Of a stretch of DNA of 55,372 nt, positions 1 to 10,800 are shown piece by piece. Made by a program: the position numbers and the translations under genes. The stretch is from the NCBI RefSeq assembly GCF_000315625.1, contig NW_005434665.1, positions 849,188 to 904,559 on the forward strand, in the 5' to 3' direction. Every line of letters begins with the position of its first letter. The stretch's first letter is position 1. Below the pieces are notes generated by a model. That model saw nothing but the letters and a program-made list of their open reading frames with translations. It was not told the origin of the DNA and did not search any database. The DNA is from Guillardia theta CCMP2712 (taxonomy: Eukaryota > Protista > Cryptophyta).

Positions 1-3000
1 CTCCCGCATCTCCGGCCATCATCCCCGTCATGACGCGGATGCTCTGAGAGAGTTCGCAAGGCTCGTAGGAAGTTCTGCCCGACTATGAGATGAAGCAGGG
101 AGAGAGGAGAGCTGGGGAAAGGAGGAGGAGGTGAGGGAAAGTCTATGTAGGAGGAGGAGGAGGAGGAGGAGGAGGAGGAGGAGGAGGAGGAGGTAGTAGT
201 AGAAGTAGTGGCGGCAGAACTGATGGAGGAAGTGAAGGAGAAGATGAAGGAGGAGGTGGGGGAGGTGAGGTTGGAGGCTACTGGAGGAGGAGGCACCTGT
301 TCTTGCGGAGGTATCGTTGCTCGATCTTGCGAGGATAAGAATCCACGGAGAAGGGCTTGTTGAAATCTCCTGCTCGGGTCCCGTCCTCCAGGCGGCAGAG
401 AAGCGAGCACCCTCGGATCGTGTGAACCCCTCCCTCCGTCTCCAACTTCTCCAGCACAGTGTAGGGGTATTCCGCCTCCCCTGCCAGCGCGTCGAAGCGA
501 TCGAGCATGGAGCTGGTGGGAACTTGCGAGAGGATAAGATCCTGCAAAGGGCAGGAGAGGAGGGAGGGAGGGGGAAGAGAGAGGAGGGGAGGGAGGGAGG
601 GAAGAAATGGGAGCGCATATGCAAGGAATACCTGTAGGAGCTGATATCCAATCTGTAAACGCGGTCGCACTCTGCGCGGAAATTACACATGGTTGCTGGA
701 CAACAAAGAGGAGGAGGAGGAGGAAGGGAAGGCGAAGGAGATGAAGCATGAGGGGGCAGGAACGAAACGGCGAGAGGAGGAGGGGCATGCAAGATAGGAG
801 GAGCAGGAGCCTGTACCTTGAACTTCTGGTTGTAGATGTAGGCAGACTTGCTGTTGAGCTGCTCCTGGTCGGCTCCATGAGCAAAGATCGGGAGCTGAAA
901 GTTGGCGGACTCGAGGAAGCGACCTTGATGAAACAGGGGAAGCACTCCGAACCCCAACTGCTTCACCGTCACCTGCTCCGTTTTCTTCTTCTTTTGCCCC
1001 AGCGTCCCCTTGAGCTTGTACGAGTTGATCAGGACCCGCACGTCCACCAGCATGCAGAGGTCGCAGGTGCTCAGCTCGCGCGCGTCGAGCTCGAGGTGGA
1101 AAGAGAGGAGCCCGTCCAAGAAGCGAGGCCTGCGGGCATCGGAGTCGTAGTCGAGGAGCGACACGAAGCGGAGATCCTTGTGGATGTGGCCCTGGCTGTG
1201 GTAGAAGCTCCCGTGCGGGAAGTGGGAGAGGAGGAGGAGGAGGCCGTCGTAGTCAAAGTCGGATGGCAAGTTGTCGATCCCGTCCACACTGAAGGAGAAG
1301 CCGACCTGAGGTGAGTACTCGATGCAGGTGTTGGGGTCCACCAGCTCCAGTCCCTTTCCCTTGTACCTGCTCATGACCTGGCGGACTTTCAGCTGGAAGC
1401 TCTTGAAATCCTCGCTGGACACGCCCGGGTCGAAGCTTCTCAGGTCCTCCAGGGCCTGCAGCTCTGCTGGGGTCAAGGCAACGCCCAGCTGCTGCAGGAA
1501 GCTGAGCACGGACATGCGGTGCTCCTGCCCTCGGAGCGAGCGCTGAGGGAAGAGGAGGAGCTCCTGCTCGCTGGGTTCGCAGAGACTTTCGTTGCTGTAG
1601 ACCCCCTGGCTGTAGGGCTGAGGCTTTACAAGGGCCCCCCTTGCCTCCATCCTCCCCTCCGTCTCCGCCTTCTCTTCCTCCTGCTGCTGTCGCTGCCCTT
1701 TCCTCGCGCTCTTGACGATCCGCACCAGGAGGGAGGAGCAGAACCTCCGAGGCGACCGCGCCATGGAGGACAAGGAGAGCGGCTGCCCCTGCGGGACGCC
1801 GGAGCGGAAGATGGGGAGCTGGAAGGAGCCTTCGTTGAGGACAAACTCTGACACTTGCGCGCTCTTGGGCTGCTCCTTGGTCGTCGGGTCAACGAAGACG
1901 TTGAGGACGGAGAAACCGACGATGCTGGTCCTGAACGTCTCCTTCCTCCGCTCCAGCGCATTGATCTGCACCAGGACGGTAGAGGTTGGGTTCCACTCGC
2001 TCCCTTCCTTGATCCAGATCTCTTTCCTGGCGTTGAAGATCGGGGAGGAGAGGGAGGGGCTACGAGGATCGATCTCCTTCTTCATCTTGCTGTAGAAATC
2101 CTTCATGGCGCTATCCGTCACAAACGCCTCGACGGCTGTCAGGGTTACGTTGTCCGGTAGGAAGCGAGCGGCGTCGATGTAGAGCTGGAAGCCGTCGACT
2201 GAGGAGAAGAGAGCGACGGGAGGAGGAGGGAGGGGACGTGGAATGAAGGGACGAGCGTCCTGGAAGTTCCAGATAGTCTCCCTGGACATGCGGACGCCCC
2301 GGAGCTTCCGGAAGAGCCGCTGGAGGCGAACGATGCTGACGATGCTCGAGTTCATCTGCTGGAGAGAGAGGGGGAAGGAGGAGGCAGGGCCGATCTGAAG
2401 CGACAGCCGAGGGAGAGGAGGCTCAAGGCGAGCGGAGGAGTTGTCCTGATGGCTGAGGAGCCCCGACAGACCGTAGAGGTTGGCCTGCTGCTCTTGCATC
2501 GCCAGCACCTGCGAGATGGCTCAGTCTCCCTCCTCCTCCTCCTCCCTCACACTGAAGACCTTGGGGAAGTCGCGCTTGAGGTCCACAGGAGGAGCAGCGA
2601 GGAGAAGGTCGTGCTCGTTGTTGTTCAGCTCTGCGGCAGCAGAGTGTGTAAGGAGGAAGAAGAGAGGACAAGGAGGAACGGACCAATCTCTCCATCTTCC
2701 TCCGCCTGCCCTCCAGCTTTCTTGAACAGCCTCAGGGAGGCCCAGCCAACAAGAATGTCCTCGTCCTTCACCACCGGGTTCGCCCGCTGCGCTCCTGCTC
2801 GCGCCTGGAAGACTTCCAGCAGGAGGGAGGAGCGAACGTCATGGGGGAAACAGCTGAGACTGCATCCCTCCATGACCCGCAGAGCTTCGTCCCCCAGGTC
2901 AGCCAGCAAGGACGAGCACCAGAAGTTGCTCCTCTTCTGCTGGGGATTCGCCGGCTGCCCTCCGTCCTCCTTGCGGAAGTCCAGGTCGGGGTGGTCGGAG

Positions 3001-6000
3001 AGGTCGAAGGGAAGCTGTATCCCCTTGCCCTCCTCGAAGATGGAGACGCGCAGGATGATACTACCTGCCTGCTTGCAGTGCGCATGCCCGCTCAGCCTCC
3101 CGCTGATCGACCGCAGCCCCAGGTAGACCTGGAACTTGCATATGGCTCCCTCCTGGTACAGGGTCGGGTCGTCGGGGTTCGCAATGTCCTGGAAGGGAGA
3201 CTGTCGCTGCGGAGTGCGGGGGGGAGGCTGCCGCTGCGACCTTGAGGAGGGAACTCGCTCAAAAGCCTTCTTGGACGGCGCTGCGTTCTCCGCTAGCCTC
3301 TCCTCCTCTTGCTCCTCCCCCTCTGCCATGTAATGCTTGTACTGCATCCTGGTGCTGTCCGGGTTGACGACGAAGGCAGCATGGAAGTCGATGGAGCGGG
3401 CGTCCACCAGCCGGAGGAAGAGCGTCAGGTGCGGGATCGGCTGTAGCCTCTTGCGGAGGATACGGGAATCAAGCTCGGGCCGGACTGGCGGATGGTACAT
3501 GTCCAACCTGCAAGAGGATGAGGGGAATGAAGAATTTTACCTCGCCCCCCGGCCATCCACTCCTCCCCTCCTCCCCTCTTTTCCTCTCCTCCCCTCTTTT
3601 CCTCTCCTCTCCTCCCCTCTCCTCTCTTTCATCCCTCCCCTATCTCATAACCCTGCTTTGGTTGCTACTTTGGACCTTCTCTCCATCTCCTCCTCTCAGA
3701 TCTCCTCCATCCCCCCCTGCCTCCTCTTCCTCCTCTCACTTCCACAGCCCGTTGTTCAGATTTTGATCTCCTCTGAAGAGCGCGAGTGACGTCCATCCGA
3801 TCGGGAAGGTCCGCGGGCCACTTCCCGAGTTCGAAGTCTTGACCTCCTGCACCAGCTAAAGTTCAGCTGAGAAACCCCTGACAGGTCAAACAGGGGTAAA
3901 GTTCAGCTGAGAAACCCCTGACAGGTCAAACAGGGGCTTCACCTGGACCTCTAGGACTGCCTGTAGGTCGATCGATGGGTAGACCTTGTTGAACTGACGC
4001 TTCACCGCAAACACAGCCTGTTCTCTGTCACATGCTGCTGTCGCCCCCATCTCCTCCATCCCCTCCATCCCCTCCCTTCACTTCCTCCAGCGGGCCCTCT
4101 GGCCCCTGCCCCTCCCCCACGACCTGGCTGTGCATCGAGTTCGACAAGTTCTCCGTAGGGGCCATAGGAAGTGACTAGAAGAAACAAAAATGTCAAACAC
4201 AGAGCGCCGTGCCCAGCTCGCCCCGACCTTGGGCTGAGTCTTGGAGTCTCTGCCTTGGTAAAAGGCGTATACAACCTGCACTTGACTGATCCGGGGCTGG
4301 AGGCCCAGCAGGTAGTCCACGAAGATAACGAAGCCGGCCTCAGAGCTTGCTAGGGTGTCAGGGGACGGGCAAAGGACTCTGAGGAGAGGAGGAGGCACAG
4401 CTGGGAAGTTTGTGGGGAAGAGGGGGATGTGGGAGGGCAGGAGAGCAGCGGTGCGGTTCGGACCTGTAGGAGTCGACTTCTAGATCAGCATTCTTCATCA
4501 GCGACTTCACAGGCTTCTCCCGAGCCTGCACGCGAGTCAAGGCACGCAAGACCGAGGGGAGGGGACCATGTGCTTGCGGTACTTGGCTTCCAGCAGCTGC
4601 TTCTCTTGCTCGAAGGACCACTCCCTCTTCTTCTGCTCCTTCTTCAAGTTGCTGACCTCCAGCTGCAGCTTCTCTCTCTCCGCTTCCTGAAGAACGTCTC
4701 ACCTTCGGCAGGGCCGGCGCGGAGCCGGGCCGCGGGCTCGGCATCGCACCTGCTGCATTCTTTGGATCTCGTACTGGAGGCTGATCATCTCCTTGAGATG
4801 CGCCTTGCGGAGTCTGGACGAGGGTCAATCTGAGGATGAAAAGACGTGTGTGTACCGATAGATCTCTGAATCCTGGGGCAGGCGCTCCAACTCAGCAAGC
4901 TCCTCCTCCTGTTCAGACAACCCGGCCCTCCCCTTGGGAGCCTCCTGACCCTTGGCTTCCTTGGCCGAGAACGTGCGCCATTCCTTCTCCGTCTCCTGCA
5001 GCTGCTTCTTGAGTCTCATGCTCTCATCGACAGCTTGTTTGATCCGCTGATCCGCTTCGCGCAACATCTTCTCAAAATCCGTCAGGGGGGGCAGCAGAAC
5101 ATCGAGAGCAATTTCTGAGGATCCAACAAGGTGCGGGAAAGGAAGGGAGGCAAACTTCATCATAACCTCCAACTCTCTCATTTCCTGTCCACTGCCAGTA
5201 CCGCGCTGAGGCCCTTGCAGCCAGTCCTGAACCCGAGCATGTCAGTTCCTCCACTGGTCTTCTTCACAATTTCTTCACCCGATTCAAGTTCCCGTCTACA
5301 GCACTCCTTCCGGCAAGAACTGACGGAGCCTTGTCCCCACTCTCAATGGTGACAAACAGGAGAAACAAGGAGCCTCACATGCTTCTTCCTCGAGTACATG
5401 TCTGTAGCCAGAAGCAACGCTTCCCTCTCCAGCGACTCTATCGCCTCCAGGATCGCTGGATCGTTTCCACCGCTGCTCAGGTACTCCTGTCGAAGCTTGT
5501 CGGGCAGGTCAGCTCTGTTCATCTCTTCCTCCAATGATTCACCTCACTCGCTTGCTGCGCCACTGGAATGTCTCTGTTCTTGTCTTGCAACTCACCGGCT
5601 CTGTGATCAGGCACCGGGACCGCCTTTGGCTGAATGTTGGTGTGCTGTTTCACCTGCTCCGTCCTTGTTGCTGCTCTGGGGACCTCTGAAGCCTGGCGAT
5701 CAACAACGAACGGCCTCACTTGTTTCTCAACCTCTTGTCGTGTCTCCTGGTGTCTTTGTTCAGATAGCTCCGACATCTGTGTTTCGAGCGCTCGTTGGTA
5801 GGCCTCCTCGATCGGTTGCTTCCAAGTGTTGTTCTGAATGCTCTGCTGCTCCTGAATCGTCTTGTTGAGTTCTTCCCTCATTTTCTTCAGTCTTCGAGCG
5901 TTGTCCTCGAAGTTCTCTTCGATGCTCTGGATCGCTTTCATGCTGTCTTTGTACGCCCTGCTGCCTTTCAACACTCTTTGCTGTTGTGGCTCATCTTCCA

Positions 6001-6310
6001 CCTTTGTCGGGATGTCGAGAATGTCTAGCAAGACCTTTCCTCCCCCCTCCCCGCTCTCCAATACGCTCTTCTTCTTTCCCAGCTGTTCCTTCCTCGCCGT
6101 CAACCTCGAAAGTTTTGCAGCTCTCTCTGCTGCTAGCTGCGCCATGGAGGAGGAGAAATCTTTCCCCCCTGGGTTGGACAAGGAGGGGTGCAGTTGATCA
6201 GCAGAGGACGCTAAGCGCATGTCCACTCTGAGAGAGGTCTCTTCTCCCTCGATCTTCTTGAGCTCCTCTTGCAACTCCAGCAACCGCACAGCAGAACTAC
6301 TATCCGCCAT
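1..6310 (-). CDS. Large multi-exon coiled-coil + C2-like domain protein, CCDC17-like; 3' end probably at or beyond the left window edge
   Basis: ATG at 6310 (MADSSSAVRLLELQEELKK) followed by coiled-coil exons. LRQEYLSSGGNDPAILEAIESLEREA and AGFVIFVDYLLGL...VQVVYAFYQG recall CCDC17 motifs. Repeated C2-like blocks: GFQLYIDAARFLPDNV...VGFSVLNVF...GSFQLPIF and GFSFSVDGIDNL...LGFGVLPLF...NFQLPIF. Many GT-AG introns; exact exon chain not fully resolved. Confidence 0.6.
3857..3936. repeat. Perfect 40-bp tandem duplication inside an intron
   Basis: taaagttcagctgagaaacccctgacaggtcaaacagggg at 3857-3896 and 3897-3936. Confidence 0.9.
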
Positions 6311-6522
6311 GCCGCCTAGGCCGGCAGTAGACTGTAGTTGCGAGCGGTAGAGGGTAACAGAGAGGGAGAGCGAGTAGCGGCTAGTCAAATGTGTAACGGA
6401 TATTTGATTGAGAGAGCGCGTCATTTGACTAGGCTCCTCAACCGACTGCCGTTTTCAGGTTTTCAATATCAAAATCAGCAGCACCATTGGCAAGAGAATC
6501 GCCGAGGTCACCGTCAGTACTA

Positions 6523-6620
6523 CCCTCGGAGTTACTGGCAGGAGTCTCGGAGAGCGGCCCGCCGGGCCGCTCTCCCTCGGAGTTACTGGCAGGAGTCTCG
6601 GAGAGCGGCCCGCCGGGCCC
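6523..6620. repeat. 51-bp-period direct duplication containing a 13-bp perfect inverted repeat
   Basis: ccctcggagttactggcaggagtctcggagagcggcccgccgggccg starts at 6523 and 6574. ggagagcggcccg-c-cgggccgctctcc (6549-6575) is a perfect palindrome with a 1-nt spacer. Confidence 0.9.
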
Positions 6621-6886
6621 GAGCCGCTCCAAAGAAACCGTGTCAAAGATACAGAGAATACGCCGATGGCACCCGGCCGGGGCAGAGGACTCAGTCTGAG
6701 AATGGTCCCGTTGTACTAACTAAGGCTCAGCCCCGGGCCTCCCGGCGATCATCGACCTTCTACCGGAGAAGACTCTCAGTAATGAAGTGCAAAAAGAAAT
6801 CTCATTCACAGTACTCAGAGTACTTCTCCGAGTCCAAACAAAGAGCAAAACAAAATTTTCACCCTCTCCTGCGAGGGTCTCTAGCT

Positions 6887-6959
6887 CACCCCCCGCGGGG
6901 CTCGAACCCGCGACCACACGGTTAAAAGCCGTGCGCTCTGCCGACTGAGCTAGAGGGGC
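6887..6959 (-). tRNA. trnK-UUU: tRNA-Lys (anticodon UUU), intronless, 73 nt
   Basis: Reverse complement GCCCCTCTAGCTCAGTCGGCAGAGCGCACGGCTTTTAACCGTGTGGTCGCGGGTTCGAGCCCCGCGGGGGGTG gives a cloverleaf with A box, GGTTCGA T-loop and TTT anticodon. TA-rich tract 20-33 nt upstream (6978-6992) and T-runs downstream (6847-6855) fit Pol III transcription. Confidence 0.97.
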
Positions 6960-7224
6960 ACGATTATTTGTCCAGTCCTATACATATATATACCATATTA
7001 GTCCTCCTCCTGCCTTGTTGCTGCTCTCCTTCCCTTGATTCTCCTCCTCCCCCTCTCTAGTCTTCGCCCCTGCCACTCGCTCCTCCTCCGAGCCGCTACT
7101 TCCTGTCCTCCGCCCCTGTCCCTTTCCTTGTCCCCCTCCTCATTGGCATCTCTCTATCTCCTCTTGTCCCTGTCGTGACTTATCAGAGGCAACCTCCGCG
7201 TAGCTGCACTTTCCACTGCTTGCC

Positions 7225-7786
7225 ATGTCTACTCAAACAATCAAGGACATCCTTGTTCGACCGGTATATCACTCTGTTCTCTCTCTTGTCAACAACAAGC
7301 AGTCTCTTGACATGCGGTGAAGGAGAATCGACCAGCTTTTGTTCTCCTGATGAAGTCGACAGTCGGTGAACCACAACTGCAATTCGACGTGTTCCCCCTT
7401 ATGACATGAATGCAGCAATGATCGTGTTTCCCGTTGCAGTCTACTACTTCTGCTTCCTCTTCCTGTTCAACAAAGGAGGAATTATCGACCTCAGCGATGA
7501 TTTGAACAATCGTGTGAACTACAGCGGGTTTGCTGCTGTAGCTGCCGTACAGGTTTACCTCCCTCACTTTGTTTCTTATCTGTCCCTCATATCAGCCAAG
7601 ACTTTCTTCTGTTCTCTTTGTTCCTCCTGCTTGTTATCTAAAACATTTTCTGAATTTCTGTTTCTTTAGGTCGTTATCGCGTTCCATGTCATCCTTGCCT
7701 TCCGGCAAGATGCGTATGAGATAGAACAAGAGAACAGGGCTCGAGGTAACACAGGTGCCCAGCAAGGGGATAAGAAGTCAGACTGA
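7225..7786 (+). CDS. VMA21: V-ATPase assembly factor VMA21 (4 exons: 7225-7263, 7323-7365, 7416-7552, 7670-7786)
   Basis: Spliced product MSTQTIKDILVRPENRPAFVLLMKSTVAMIVFPVAVYYFCFLFLFNKGGIIDLSDDLNNRVNYSGFAAVAAVQVVIAFHVILAFRQDAYEIEQENRARGNTGAQQGDKKSD* has two TM helices, a Vma21-like MIxxPxxxY and AAVAAV..V motif, and a C-terminal KKxx ER-retrieval signal. All introns are GT-AG. Confidence 0.8.
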
Positions 7787-7880
7787 GGATGGACCCTATG
7801 CTTCGTCCTGTTCTCGTTGTATGCAGATATTTTATTGGTTCTCGAGAGAACAAGCTTTGCGTTCAAGACGACATGATATC

Positions 7881-10800
7881 TCAAGAATGCTCCTGCTCCC
7901 CCTGCTCCTCCTGCTTGTCCTGTATCGCGTCTTCTGTTGGCCTCAACCTCTTCTGCTCCACCTCGACTTCATCCTTGTCCTCCCGTTCTATTCACAGCCT
8001 TAGCGACAAAACAACTCAGCTCTCATCTCGTGGATACCTCGTTTCTTGTTTCCTTGTAGATCAGTCAAGATCGCAATCAAGATCTCGTTCCGTTGCTGCA
8101 CCTCCAGTCATCTTGACCCCTCCCTCCGTCAGAGAGTCTATCAGACCTCCTCTCCAAGAGCTCCGAGCTGGTTCCACTCGGTGATGTCCTGCAGCTCCCC
8201 TCCGAAGCGGCAGCAGCTCTCCTTATCTGCGCGACTCAATTACGAGACTCGTCCCCGAGCACGAGCCAGAACCTGTCAGGTCCATCGAGCGGATCGCTTC
8301 AGCTTTCTCTTCAGACACCTTCTGTTGCAGACTCTCCTGGCAGCCGAAGGTGAGACTGGGAGACGCTTTGCTTCCTCCCAGACCTTGGTCCTGGCGATGA
8401 AATCGCCCCTCCACTTCTTGAAGCACTGCTCCCGCCGGCTGGCTGACAGCTGGACAGGTCGCTCAGCACTTCCCTTGGGGTTCGAGCCCTCTGGCTGACC
8501 TGCACGAAAGTGCCTTCTCGCCCTTTGAGCTTCTCCTCGACCTCCTCCCAGCTGCGATGACGTCAGCAGCGAAGCACCGGAGCCCGAGGTGGACCTTGAG
8601 GAGAGGGTGACGTCCTCCATGCTGTCTAACAACCGCTGCATCATCAGAATCAGCATCGTCCTCCGCTAGATGGACCGGCCGGGTCACCTCAAGCTCTTCC
8701 CCGATCTTGTCCAGCATGCTTTCGATGTGATCCGAGAACATGGACTCTCTCTCTATCGCTGTGAACCCCTCCGCGCACATGTGATACCGCTCGTTCTGCA
8801 CCCTCCCTTAGAAACTTGCGAGGAACAACGGATGCAAGCAACCTTTCTTAGTTTCTCACGAGCATCCGTCCAAGTCATGCTGGGATCCTGCGGCGGAAGA
8901 CCAAGTCAGCAGTTGACCAGAGGTTCTTGAGTCGGAGAGGGTGCAAGGATAGGAATGCAGACCTTGATGAGATCCTGAAGAAGTTCATAGAACGCGTTTC
9001 TGCCATACACGATGTCAAAAGAACAAGGATTTTGCAACCAAGTAGAGAAACAACTTCTTGTAGTTCTTCTTGGGCCTGCAAACAGCCGTCAGCGCTCGTA
9101 CTCTCCCCACATCTCATCTCCCACTTGCTTCTCCCTCTCCCCCGGTCCTCTTGCCTGGCACAAGACATCAGTTCTGAAACGCCAGTGTGAGCCCTCGACC
9201 TGTAGTCGGAATAATTCCTAGGAGGCTCCTGCCGAAACACGTCAAGACGAATGTTGTAGTCATGAACCAGGCACGAACAACAACAAGAACTGTCTTGTGT
9301 TCCGATCTTCAAACGGACGAGACTCACTTTGGCATCGTCGTCGGATCGGTCAGAGGTTGAGTCCTTCTGGCCTCCATTCGCCTTGTCTCCATGAGAAGCT
9401 GGAGGCTCCCGGTGAAACTGCTTGATATGATCCCGGAACAGCCTCTCCTTGTCCTCCATATCAAGGTCGGACAAGGATGAAGGAAGCTTTCCCTCCTGGG
9501 AGCGTCAGAATCAACTCTTGGACGCAAGTGTGAGCACAGGAGAATGATCCCAACCTTCTCCATCTCCTGCAGCTTCTCTTTGTAAGCTGTCCACTTGGAT
9601 TCATGATTGAGCTCAGTGTCTCCCGTCAGCATTTTGATGAACTGATTGCACTTTCACTACCCTTCTCCATCTCCCACCACAACAAAACCTCTTCTCGAGC
9701 TCTGTTCCTCGCTTCTCTCGCCATACTCCGGAGGGGTTCAATCCTCATATTAAACAATTGGAGGACCTGCGACTTCCCTTGACAAGCGATTTCCCTTGCC
9801 GACAGGGAGAGAGGGAGGGAGGGAGGGAGGGAGGGAGGATGAAGAGGAGCCAGAGGCAGACGAGTGCGTTCACCTTCTTGTCGGTCTTCTCCAAGATCGC
9901 AAGTCTTTCATCCGACTGGATCTGATAAGACAAACGACAGGATCAAGAACGCACATTCTCAGTACATTGTGACAAACCTCCTCCCAGAACGAGTCGAGCG
10001 TCGTGGCGGCTGTGACTGAAGGCTGGTTCAAGAGCTCCTACAACAAGCGTCAACTCTTCACAGAGTGGACCGGTAGTCGACCTTGAAGATCTCCAGCGCT
10101 TGTTCACGGAGAGCAGCATTCTTCTTGCGCTCCTTCTCCTTGTACCTTGAGCCTTCACGTCATTCCTCGCCTTCCCGTCCTCCCTTCTCTCACCTCATCA
10201 CGTCGGACCTCGTCAACGACGCAAAGACCGTCTTCCGGTCAAACTGTCAACACCATAATCACCAAATCTAGCCGACATCACACCAGCCAAGGACCCACCA
10301 CGCTGTCCAGCAGCTCCTTGTAACGAGGCTCGAAGCAGAACTTGGGCAGCTCCTTCTCCCACGAGGACCCTGACAGAGTGCCCGTGAGAAGCGAAGGAGC
10401 GCATGCGGGGGAGGAGGTGCAGTAACCTGGAACGACTCCTTTCTCCAGCAGCATCTCTTTGAACTCAGCCTTCCGTCTTGCAAGATCAGCCTGACGGAGG
10501 TCAAGGAGGATAAGATGGGCTGTTACTGAAGGGCAGCATGTGCACTGACCCGTTCTGCAGCGAGTCTCTCTCTCTCTTCCTCCTGTTGCAGCACCAAGTC
10601 AGTGTCCCAGCCAATAGCGAGCGGGAACAGACCTGCTTCTTCTTCTCTTCCTCTCTCCTCTTCTTCTCCTCCTTATCTACAACTGGAAAGCGTGAGCACA
10701 TAACTCTCTGTGAGGGCAGCCAACCTTTGTTTTGCTGCTTCGGTTGACCAGCACCCCCTCGAGCAGCAGACTCTTCTGATTCGCCTTCCTCTGGTTCCTC

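Noticed and set aside
28-830. C-terminal part of the 826-aa ORF (poly-Leu, Pro/Ser tracts)
   Set aside because: Read-through of CT-rich introns; the true exons switch frame
6438-6925. Short ORFs with repeated peptides around the tRNA
   Set aside because: Translations of the 51-bp duplication and the tRNA; no coding signature
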